NCBI GenBank assembly: GCA_030648055.1 | Contig: JAUSHI010000009.1 | Location: forward strand, 176,769 to 240,768 | Direction: 5' to 3' | From: a bacterium | GTDB lineage: Bacteria > Patescibacteriota > Minisyncoccia > Sungbacterales > SURF-37 | DNA: 64,000 nucleotides | In this document: positions 8,150 to 15,649 of the stretch, one piece after another | How positions within the stretch are numbered: the first letter of the stretch is position 1 | Layout: every line of letters begins with the position of its first letter | Program-made: the position numbers and the translations under genes | The notes under the pieces: generated by a model | The model's database searches: none | What the model was told of the DNA's origin: nothing | Seen by the model: only the letters and a program-made list of their open reading frames with translations

Positions 8150-8376
8150 GCGCGTCTAGGAATATAAAAATTGCAGATTGTTCGTATGAAAAAATTATCC
8201 GCATCGCAGAGCGATGCGGATTTCTGGTTCAAGAAGGCAGGAAGCATGCCAAAATCAAAACCCGCGATGATAAATTTATCACAGCGGTTCCAAGACATAG
8301 CCGGCTGAAGCGCGAGACGGCGAGGGCAATTGTAGAGGCGCTTAATGCAAAGGGGGCGGCTATTTCATACGCATAG
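8146..8376 (+). CDS. hicA: HicA-like mRNA interferase toxin
   Basis: Size and pattern match HicA: ..IAERCGFLVQEGRKHAKIK...ITAVPRHSRLKRETARAIVEAL. Confidence 0.65.
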   Translation: MSASRNIKIADCSYEKIIRIAERCGFLVQEGRKHAKIKTRDDKFITAVPRHSRLKRETARAIVEALNAKGAAISYA

Positions 8377-8410
8377 AGGTTTATCAAGATTATTTTTGTA
8401 TAAGTAATTT

Positions 8411-8442
8411 AACCCTTGCAAAAAGCGGCATAATGTAGCAGA
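8411..8442 (+). repeat. Cassette-junction motif, copy 2
   Basis: AACCCTTGCAAAAAGCGGCATAATGTAGCAGAAT. Confidence 0.8.
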
Positions 8443-8517
8443 ATTCTCGCGACCATAAGGCGATCGTGCTGGGCTAGTCCCCACTGAGAGCCCTAAAAAT
8501 AGTTGTGTATAAAGCTA

Positions 8518-8545
8518 TTGACAGAAAATTGATGGCGAGTATAAT
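8518..8545 (+). promoter_or_regulatory. Consensus sigma70 promoter upstream of the NYN gene
   Basis: TTGACA-16 nt-TATAAT. Confidence 0.7.
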
Positions 8546-8560
8546 GTAATTACTATGATC

Positions 8561-8596
8561 ACCACCTCTGCCTTCGGGCAAGGGTGGTTTTCTTTT
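8561..8596 (+). terminator. Promoter-proximal intrinsic terminator with UUCG tetraloop (attenuator or tiny sRNA)
   Basis: ACCACCUCUGCC-UUCG-GGCAAGGGUGGU followed by UUUUCUUUU. It lies about 10 nt after the predicted TSS and 24 nt before ATG 8620. Confidence 0.65.
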
Positions 8597-8619
8597 GGAT
8601 AATTTGCTATAAGTTATTT

Positions 8620-9168
8620 ATGTTTGATAAAGAAAAAGTAGCCATTTATATAGACGGCAGCAATTTTTATCACTATTTAAAAGACAAAGAAATATCTTTC
8701 CCCAAAGGTGTTAAATTCGATTTTAAGGCATTTGTCGATTTTTTGGTAAACGACAGGAATTGTATTTCAAAAAGATATTATACGGGCGTATTTAGAAATG
8801 TAGATAACAGCATTAAAAGCCAAGAACTTGTGAGGGGGCAACAGAAATTTTTATCGGAAATAGAAAATGACGGTTTTGTTATAAAACGCGGCCGAATCAT
8901 GTATGATAGCGGGAAAACAAGAGAAAAAGGAACCGATGTAAAAATTGCCATCGACCTGATTATTGGAGCAATTGATAATATATATGATACCGCCATATTG
9001 GTCAGTTCTGACACAGATTTGGTTCCGGCTATACAATACATTAGATATAAAAAGAAAAAGTTAGAGTATGTCGGCTTTTCTCACGCGCCGTCTTTTGGTA
9101 TCCAAAAGTATGCTAATTTTTCTAGATTACTTTTGCCATTAGATATAGAAAAATTTAAAGGCAGATAG
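8620..9168 (+). CDS. NYN/LabA-like (PIN-related) domain protein
   Basis: VAIYIDGSNFY, GTDVKIAIDLI and AILVSSDTDLVPAIQY acidic motifs. The ATG at 8620 is preferred over the GTG at 8584, which lies inside the terminator hairpin. Confidence 0.8.
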   Translation: MFDKEKVAIYIDGSNFYHYLKDKEISFPKGVKFDFKAFVDFLVNDRNCISKRYYTGVFRNVDNSIKSQELVRGQQKFLSEIENDGFVIKRGRIMYDSGKTREKGTDVKIAIDLIIGAIDNIYDTAILVSSDTDLVPAIQYIRYKKKKLEYVGFSHAPSFGIQKYANFSRLLLPLDIEKFKGR

Positions 9169-9187
9169 CTTTTTACCGAGATCATAC

Positions 9188-9215
9188 TAAAACCCTTGCA
9201 AAAATCGGTATAATG
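9188..9215 (+). repeat. Cassette-junction motif, copy 3
   Basis: AAAACCCTTGCAAAAATCGGTATAATGG. Confidence 0.8.
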
Positions 9216-9243
9216 GAGCGGGGTGTCTTGCCGAGAGTTAGTT

Positions 9244-9789
9244 ATGAAAAACGCAATCTTATTACACGGGACAGGGGGTTCACCAAAATTATATTGGTTT
9301 CCTTATCTTATAGAAAATTTAAAAAAGAAGGGGTATAGCGTTTGGGCCCCACAACTACCGAACGCCAAAAAACCTAATCTGGAAGATTGGCTTCCGTTTG
9401 TTTTTAAAAATGGAAAATTTAACAAGAATACGGTTTTTGTCGGACATTCTGCCGGTTCGCAGTTAATTTTGAGTATTTTGGAAAATATTAATGTGAAAAT
9501 TAATAAGGCCATACTGGTATCCGGTTACGCAGAGCCGTTGCTAAAAAACTCGAGGGCGAAAAACAAAAGTAAATTTGCGTGGAAGAAGATTAAAAAACAT
9601 GCCGGCAGTTTTATTTTTATTAATTCCGATAACGACCCCTGGGAATGTACCGATAAGCAGGGTAAAATCATGTTGGATCAACTCGGCGGCACGCTGGTTA
9701 TTCCGAAGGGGCAAGGCCACATGGGATCAACTACTTATAAACAACCGTATAAGAAATTCCCATTACTTGTTAGATTAGCGTGTGATTGA
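9244..9789 (+). CDS. Alpha/beta serine hydrolase (YdeN/RBBP9-like)
   Basis: MKNAILLHGTGGSP start and GHSAG nucleophile elbow. About 180 aa, as is typical of this family. Confidence 0.7.
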   Translation: MKNAILLHGTGGSPKLYWFPYLIENLKKKGYSVWAPQLPNAKKPNLEDWLPFVFKNGKFNKNTVFVGHSAGSQLILSILENINVKINKAILVSGYAEPLLKNSRAKNKSKFAWKKIKKHAGSFIFINSDNDPWECTDKQGKIMLDQLGGTLVIPKGQGHMGSTTYKQPYKKFPLLVRLACD

Positions 9790-9812
9790 TTTCTACCGAG
9801 GCCCCTTTATTT

Positions 9813-9840
9813 ATAGGACAATTCCATAGAATTGTCCTAT
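9813..9840. repeat. Palindrome P1 copy a (12-4-12)
   Basis: ATAGGACAATTC-CATA-GAATTGTCCTAT, 28 nt upstream of the GNAT ATG. Confidence 0.9.
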
Positions 9841-9867
9841 GAAGCAATTTCATCTCCTGAACAGTTT

Positions 9868-10329
9868 ATGCTTACAATACGAAAATCTAAAAAACGAGAT
9901 ATAAATAAACTCGCGAAAATTTATAAGCGGGCTTATCATCGTTCAAAAGACGGCGAGGATTGGAGTGTTCCAAAAGCAAGGGCCTTGCTCAATTTTTATT
10001 TCAATCAAAAAACATTTATCGGTCTTACAGCACTTCTTGATGATAAAATGGTTGGCGCATTCTTTTCTTTCGTAAAGCCCTGGCACGACGGGAATCATTT
10101 GGGGGAGGGAGAATTATTCGTTGACCCGGATTATCAGAATCGTAAAATAGGTACGGATCTTTTCTTTCAGATGATCAAGATTGCAGAAAAGAAAGGATGC
10201 ACAATTCACGAGTTGCTTGCTTATGGGAGAGTTGCGCGGTGGTACAAAAAGCTGGGAATTAAGGAGGTCGGTTTAAAGCACATGCAGGGGAAGATAAAAG
10301 ATATCATAAGAAGAATGGGCAGAAATTAA
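9868..10329 (+). CDS. GNAT family N-acetyltransferase
   Basis: MLTIRKSKKRDINKL start and acetyl-CoA motif A (VDPDYQNRKIGTDLF). The TTG at 9832 lies inside palindrome P1, so ATG 9868 is preferred. Confidence 0.8.
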   Translation: MLTIRKSKKRDINKLAKIYKRAYHRSKDGEDWSVPKARALLNFYFNQKTFIGLTALLDDKMVGAFFSFVKPWHDGNHLGEGELFVDPDYQNRKIGTDLFFQMIKIAEKKGCTIHELLAYGRVARWYKKLGIKEVGLKHMQGKIKDIIRRMGRN

Positions 10330-10335
10330 ATATAT

Positions 10336-10367
10336 CCATAGGACAATTCCATAGAATTGTCCTATGG
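10336..10367. repeat. Palindrome P1 copy b (14-4-14)
   Basis: CCATAGGACAATTC-CATA-GAATTGTCCTATGG, 7 nt after the GNAT stop. Confidence 0.9.
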
Positions 10368-10385
10368 AGTAATTTCACCCTTTTC

Positions 10386-10432
10386 CCACCCCGAAGACCA
10401 CACTCAAAACTCTTGCAAAAATCGGCAGAATG
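10386..10432 (+). repeat. Cassette-junction motif, copy 4 (diverged)
   Basis: CCACCCCGAAGACCACACTCAAAACTCTTGCAAAAATCGGCAGAATG. Confidence 0.7.
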
Positions 10433-10440
10433 TTTATTGA

Positions 10441-10464
10441 ACAATTCCATAGAATTGTCCTATG
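10441..10464. repeat. Palindrome P1 copy c (left arm truncated)
   Basis: ACAATTC-CATA-GAATTGTCCTATG. Confidence 0.8.
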
Positions 10465-10473
10465 CTCTGAAGG

Positions 10474-10513
10474 CCACCCCCAAACCCTTGCAAAAATCGG
10501 CATAATGTAGCAG
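10474..10513 (+). repeat. Cassette-junction motif, copy 5
   Basis: CCACCCCCAAACCCTTGCAAAAATCGGCATAATGTAGCAG. Confidence 0.8.
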
Positions 10514-10631
10514 GGTCTTTGCGATCTCAACTAAGATTTCTTAATAAGGTATGGGAAGTTGTCTTCAAAAATGCTTTAATGATTTTATTGTTGGTAATCT
10601 AATACTGGATGGGCTAGGCGCCGTTGATTAT

Positions 10632-10659
10632 TTGACTTTTATAAATTTTGTTATATAAT
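10632..10659 (+). promoter_or_regulatory. sigma70-type promoter of the 1093-aa ORF (leaderless geometry)
   Basis: TTGACT-16 nt-TATAAT, then 6 nt to ATG 10666. The ORF-track TTG at 10648 lies inside the promoter. Confidence 0.6.
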
Positions 10660-10665
10660 AATGCC

Positions 10666-13600
10666 ATGCAACAGGGTGGTTATGAAAAAGTGCAATCGCC
10701 TCAAGAAGGAGGTATTGCAACACGTCTTTCAGCTGAAGAAATAAAACGCTTCAACGAGCTTTTGCCGTTAGAAATGGGTTATTTTTTGATAAGTATATTT
10801 AAATGTCAGCGGAGGTATGAGGATTTTGAACAACGGTGGAATCATGTATATACAGTAGAGGGGAAAAGAGAATTATTGAATGCGAGGAAACAATGGGTGG
10901 AGATGAAAAAAGGGGGGGAGGCGTTTGAAGGATTTTTTGTTGAGAAAATGCGGGAGGTGCTTAATGCACCGATATATGACGGGTCCCTTATGTATACATT
11001 CCTACATATTTATTCAAATCTTGGTTATAACAACGCCACGGTGTTTTTGGGTGAGGCGCTTACCCATAAATCAGTGCGGGATGCTGGTGACGGAAGTAAC
11101 GTGCATACCATTCTTGAGACGTTGAGCGGGTTGCAAGATCCGGCGGCGGCACCGGCAGTCATAGAGCATATTGGGCATATCACTGCCGAGGAGTATACTA
11201 GAAAACAACATTGTGACACCGATCTTTATTGTGCTGTTAAGGCACTGAAGGGGTTTCTTGGCGATGAAACAAAAAAGACGCTGGAAACGCTTGCTGATAA
11301 AGACCTTACTTTTGCGGGGTGGTTTGCGAAAAATAAAGCCACGCTTTTTAGCGAAAAATCGCTTACATCAGCAAAAAAATTGGAATTTGATGAGTTTGAC
11401 CCGAAAGTTGAGGACATGCGCATAAAGGTGCTGGAACAGGAGTACGAAGATTTTCGTCAAAGTCCGCCGCCGATGCCGGAAGTTGACTGGAGTGTTGGTA
11501 AGACTCCTTCTTGGACGTCTCCATTTACGTCTCCATTTGAAGATAAAAAAGGCGAAACGCTTTTTATGCCTTCTACGTTTGCTCCGATATACAAAAAATT
11601 ACCGCCAGGTGCGGAGAAAAAGTCAGGGTTTGAAAAAGGCGGAGCGCTGGATACTCTTGATTTGCGCGCAGAAGAATGGGAAAAAGGGAAGCTTGTAAAT
11701 TTTTATGGCAGGTTCAGGCCTAAAATAGAAAAGGGAGTAACGCTTACCGAAGAGAATTATCTCCGTAGTATTTTTGCTACGGCTGATGCGTCCAAAGAAA
11801 AATCAAGCTGCGCAAGTTATACTAATTTTCTCGCCGGAATTGTGTCGCCAGAAAGTGTAAAAACCGAGTTGCCGGAAAAATTGGATGTGGGCAATGCTTA
11901 TCGCATAGCCGCCCTCGCTTTTGGTCGCGCGCTTTGCCTCGGAGTTCTGGAACAAAAAAGCACGCAAGGAATTCGCGAGATTGACCTCGTGAAGGATTTT
12001 TTTGCAAAAGAGGCGGAGAAAATGGCCGATACGGCGGACATATCATTTATGCTCGCGCTTTCTTCCCAGTTGGGAAGCGCCCAAGAATATCTTGCCATGG
12101 AAAAGGGAACACCTCCGCGTAACTTGCCCGAAAGCGCGGCTTCATTTTTCCTTAATCACCCCGCCACGGGCAGGATCCGTGAAATCCCCGATTTCCACGA
12201 GCTTCTTGCAGAAAAAATCAGATGGTATCTCGCAAACGATTTTTTTTATAATTTGCAAGAGGTTGTGTTAGAAAAGGAGCGCGAAGGAGTTATTGTCCCG
12301 AGCCGTGGCCCCTCGTTTAAGAGAATACGAAGTATTATTGACGAGTATGAACGAGCGCTTAATATGTACCGAGACGTTGATAGTCGTGACATTCCTATTT
12401 ACTGGGAGGCATCGGAGAAGTTAAAAGAATTTGGCGCAGATCGGATTGCGGTTTTTGGGAGAGACGGACGCTATTTTTTTTCAGCGCTCAAGGCGGCAGA
12501 GTTCGGCACAAAAGAGCGAGTTCTGAAATATGTTGTTGTTACTTCGCATATGGGTTCTCCCGAGATGAAAAATTATGTTGTCAACTATCTTCGCCAAAAT
12601 GGAGTAACACTTGATTTTACTTTCATTGACACCGGGTTTGCCGGTAGTGTTCCAGAATTTTCAATAAGATATCTTGCCGAGGCCGAAGGGGTTTCTTTGA
12701 GCTATGAAGAAGTTGATAAGAGAATAAAACTTCTTTCTTCGGCATCTCCCAAAAGGCGGCATGAACTTTCGCTGGGCAAAAGGAGTTATGCGAGAGGCGA
12801 TGCAGTCAGCGTCATTGAGGAAAGGCCAAAAGTTATAGCGAGCCCAGTACGATTTGTTGTAGATGAGCGTGGAAAAATAAAACCTGAAATACTCCCGAAC
12901 ATGGTACGTGAGCAACTAAGTGCTTGGGTGGTAGAACACGCAACTGTGCGGAGTTTTGCGCCAAAGTTTGATCCTACCCATTTGCCAGTTGAGTTGGGAA
13001 TTACGCCGTCGCGCCTTATGGAGCTCCAAAAAATTGGACTTACCCCCGAGATGATTCTTGGGCAAGAGCATGTTTTTCCCGTAGAGGAAAAAACAAAAGA
13101 ACGGCGGAAGCGGTTTTCGGCTTTTTTGAAGGAACATTTGGGGGATATCAGTAGCTCAAAGCGGCAGGAGCTTTTGGATGACGCAGTACGGCTTTATGAG
13201 GTGAGTAGAGACATAGTTGGGCCGGTTATGAAAGATTTTTCCGCGTGGGCGCTTGAAAAATTGCCAGCAGGGCAGAAACTTTTGTTTCTCGCCAGAGACG
13301 CGCTCGGACCATGGATGGCAGCACGCCTGCTTGTCCGCAAAGGAGAGTTTCCCGGAGTCAGCGAGGACCAACTTCGTTACGCATTTTTGTCTCGCAAGGT
13401 GATGCATACCGAGAGCGGCGCGGATATTAAAAAATATTTGGAGCAGGTTGGTGTGCGCGACGACAAAGAATCTTTGACTATGGTTGATGTCGGCGTGTAT
13501 GGAGATATACACCACGCACTTAAAAATTTATATCCAAAAAAGAGTTTGAAGAGTTTATTTTTTATTTCGGATGCCGGCGGCGAGGAGTTTGAAGGTTTCT

Positions 13601-13947
13601 TGTATGACAGTGCAAGGGGCGGGGATAAATTGGATTCAATGTGGAAGTCTATTTCTGGGAATTCGGCGGTGCATTTTATAGAGGATACATTTTCTGGTTT
13701 TTACGGTTCAACCAAGGGTTTTACAGAGAACCCGAATGGAACCATCCAGCCAAGGTTCGGCGCGCCTTATTCCCGCGAGGTGTATCTAAAACGTCTTGCC
13801 GCCTTGACTGGCATTATTGATCGAGCCCTTCTTGGCAATGACGGTAAGAGTGCGGAAGAGCATAAAAGGGCCCTTGAAGTATATCTTTCCGAAGTATTTC
13901 CCGGAGAAAAACAGCACCTGATGGTACCTCACGAAATAATTAAATAG
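10666..13947 (+). CDS. Large (1093 aa) protein of unknown function with HEAT-like N-terminal region and an internally duplicated C-terminal module
   Basis: Long uninterrupted ORF. Two similar modules: IAVFGRDGRYF..FIDTGFAGSVPE..VIEE and LLFLARDALGPW..MVDVGVYGDIHH..FIED. No family was recognised with confidence. Confidence 0.7.
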   Translation: MQQGGYEKVQSPQEGGIATRLSAEEIKRFNELLPLEMGYFLISIFKCQRRYEDFEQRWNHVYTVEGKRELLNARKQWVEMKKGGEAFEGFFVEKMREVLNAPIYDGSLMYTFLHIYSNLGYNNATVFLGEALTHKSVRDAGDGSNVHTILETLSGLQDPAAAPAVIEHIGHITAEEYTRKQHCDTDLYCAVKALKGFLGDETKKTLETLADKDLTFAGWFAKNKATLFSEKSLTSAKKLEFDEFDPKVEDMRIKVLEQEYEDFRQSPPPMPEVDWSVGKTPSWTSPFTSPFEDKKGETLFMPSTFAPIYKKLPPGAEKKSGFEKGGALDTLDLRAEEWEKGKLVNFYGRFRPKIEKGVTLTEENYLRSIFATADASKEKSSCASYTNFLAGIVSPESVKTELPEKLDVGNAYRIAALAFGRALCLGVLEQKSTQGIREIDLVKDFFAKEAEKMADTADISFMLALSSQLGSAQEYLAMEKGTPPRNLPESAASFFLNHPATGRIREIPDFHELLAEKIRWYLANDFFYNLQEVVLEKEREGVIVPSRGPSFKRIRSIIDEYERALNMYRDVDSRDIPIYWEASEKLKEFGADRIAVFGRDGRYFFSALKAAEFGTKERVLKYVVVTSHMGSPEMKNYVVNYLRQNGVTLDFTFIDTGFAGSVPEFSIRYLAEAEGVSLSYEEVDKRIKLLSSASPKRRHELSLGKRSYARGDAVSVIEERPKVIASPVRFVVDERGKIKPEILPNMVREQLSAWVVEHATVRSFAPKFDPTHLPVELGITPSRLMELQKIGLTPEMILGQEHVFPVEEKTKERRKRFSAFLKEHLGDISSSKRQELLDDAVRLYEVSRDIVGPVMKDFSAWALEKLPAGQKLLFLARDALGPWMAARLLVRKGEFPGVSEDQLRYAFLSRKVMHTESGADIKKYLEQVGVRDDKESLTMVDVGVYGDIHHALKNLYPKKSLKSLFFISDAGGEEFEGFLYDSARGGDKLDSMWKSISGNSAVHFIEDTFSGFYGSTKGFTENPNGTIQPRFGAPYSREVYLKRLAALTGIIDRALLGNDGKSAEEHKRALEVYLSEVFPGEKQHLMVPHEIIK

Positions 13948-13959
13948 TGTCTCTCTATT

Positions 13960-15381
13960 ATGGTAGAAGAATTTTCGCCTTATAGCGATCGAGGAAAAGA
14001 GGGGTCTGAATCATTTAAGCATGTCTGGGAAGAAATAGAAAAGAATGTGATGCCAAAAACGCTTGCCGGCACCAGTTTTGAAATTCCGTATAAGCTGATA
14101 ACAGCGCGACAATTGGTTACGCGCGCAGAATTTGCGAAAGAAACGGCGAAAGCCGCGGATTCATATCAATATATTGGGCGGAAGGTTAACCGTAAGACAT
14201 TCATACACCCTCTTTCGCATAATGAATACATGGTAATTAAAAGCAATCGTGGAAATTCGCCGCAGCTTTTTTTCTCTTATGACAGCAAAGGAAGAGAGGT
14301 CGCTGAACAGTTGGCTTTTGGTAAAAAATATTCGCCTGAAGATATATCAACAGCGCAGGTATCGCGCTTTTCAGAACTCATAAAGGATGAACGAATGGTT
14401 GAGCTTTCGCGAGTTAGAGAAGGCATAAACATAAAAGGGCGAGAGCGCCTTCGCATTGGTTACATACATTTTAAAGATGCGATTCCTCGCGTAGAAATGC
14501 TTCTCACAGAAGATGCGTGGAAAGAGCCGGTGGAGCGCGATGCTGCTGATTATTCTACTAAAGGTGTTGTTGTGAAGCGCGGAGAAGCGGGCTTGACAGA
14601 AGTAATTTTGTTCGCTAAGGCTCAATCTCGGCATTGGAACAATGCAACAGTTTTTGCGGCGGCCTTATATAAAGACGGTGCCCTTCTGGGTTTAGTTGAA
14701 CAAGAAATTCCACTTAAAGAACTGTCGATTTTTGAAGAAATTTTTCAGGAAAATCCGCAGGCGCTTTTTGACGCATTACAGCACGGCGTAAAGTCCGACG
14801 CTAAAGTTCCAGCGCGCGAATTGGGAGAGAGGGCATCGTTCAGTTTTCCGGCAACGCTTGATTCGGAAAATATTTTACAGCGTGTTGCTGGCGATAAGCA
14901 GTTTGAATTGCCGGTTATTTTTAATGGTAAAACATTGCCAAAAGTTCTTGAGGAAAAGGGAGAGGTTCGCGTTGACCCCGAAGCTGATGAGGATTTAAAT
15001 CGCGCTATAACGGACCTGAAGCGTGAATTTGGTGATTCGCTTCTTGGGGTTTATTTTTATGGGAGCATTCCGAGAGGGTATAAGCATCTGCAATCGGACG
15101 TTGATGTGATTGCCGTTATTGACGATAAAGAACCTTTGGTGCGGCCACTTCGCGGTTTTGAAATGGAGCCGTCATTTAAGGGTGGCGAACTTATCCATGG
15201 AGCAATAGGCAGTTATCATGCGCGTTCCCGCATGTATCCTTTTCGAAGCATTGAAGTACACACCATTTACAAAAAAAGATGGGGAAAACCTTCAAACTTT
15301 CGTTTGGGAGAATTTTTACGAAATGTGCGCGATGGCGCTGTAGAGATTTATAAAAAACAAAATAGTGCGGCGCAAAATTAA
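13960..15381 (+). CDS. Unknown-function protein with C-terminal minimal (Pol-beta-type) nucleotidyltransferase domain
   Basis: GVYFYGSIPRGYKHLQSDVDVIAVIDD matches the G-S..x(9-10)..D-x-D NTase signature. It starts 13 nt after the preceding ORF. Confidence 0.7.
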   Translation: MVEEFSPYSDRGKEGSESFKHVWEEIEKNVMPKTLAGTSFEIPYKLITARQLVTRAEFAKETAKAADSYQYIGRKVNRKTFIHPLSHNEYMVIKSNRGNSPQLFFSYDSKGREVAEQLAFGKKYSPEDISTAQVSRFSELIKDERMVELSRVREGINIKGRERLRIGYIHFKDAIPRVEMLLTEDAWKEPVERDAADYSTKGVVVKRGEAGLTEVILFAKAQSRHWNNATVFAAALYKDGALLGLVEQEIPLKELSIFEEIFQENPQALFDALQHGVKSDAKVPARELGERASFSFPATLDSENILQRVAGDKQFELPVIFNGKTLPKVLEEKGEVRVDPEADEDLNRAITDLKREFGDSLLGVYFYGSIPRGYKHLQSDVDVIAVIDDKEPLVRPLRGFEMEPSFKGGELIHGAIGSYHARSRMYPFRSIEVHTIYKKRWGKPSNFRLGEFLRNVRDGAVEIYKKQNSAAQN

Positions 15382-15466
15382 GGGAGCTGGTTTAAAGTTT
15401 AGTACGTAGATATATTTGTTTTGTCTACGTGCTGATGGCTCTAATAGCGTTTACGAGTGCTATAGC

Positions 15467-15500
15467 AAAACCCTTGCAAAAATCGGCATAATGTCGCAGA
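15467..15500 (+). repeat. Cassette-junction motif, copy 6
   Basis: AAAACCCTTGCAAAAATCGGCATAATGTCGCAGA. Confidence 0.8.
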
Positions 15501-15517
15501 ATGCCCCTGTAGTTATG

Positions 15518-15648
15518 CCGGGTAGTGAAAATTCGAATAGTCGCAAAGCGACAAAGAAAGGGTAGTTTTCATGTCCTGGTAGAGCAATATCTCATTCTTC
15601 CGCTTCTTAAGTTTTATGAATAAATTAATTCGAATTTCTACTACCCGG
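15518..15648 (+). promoter_or_regulatory. Family-1 leader element A: long closing helix ending 1 nt before the mreB ATG
   Basis: 5' arm CCGGGTAGTGAAAATTCGAAT pairs with 3' arm ATTCGAATTTCTACTACCCGG. The interior holds a GTCGC-AAA-GCGAC hairpin. The same arms occur at 33483-33690. Confidence 0.7.
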
Positions 15649-15649
15649 T

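Noticed and set aside
8584-10665. Longer ORF-track starts: GTG 8584, GTG 9223, TTG 9832 and TTG 10648. The same applies elsewhere to TTG 37492, TTG 42172, TTG 43725, ATG 5861 and ATG 22472.
   Set aside because: Each lies inside a promoter, terminator hairpin or palindrome, or precedes a downstream ATG that gives the family-typical N-terminus.
7722-15500. Junction motif interpreted as an ordinary sigma70 or sigma54 promoter
   Set aside because: TTGCAA and CATAAT are only 7 nt apart, which is wrong spacing for sigma70. TTGCA is not preceded by GG at the -24 distance, so it does not fit sigma54. Several downstream genes also have separate well-spaced promoters.
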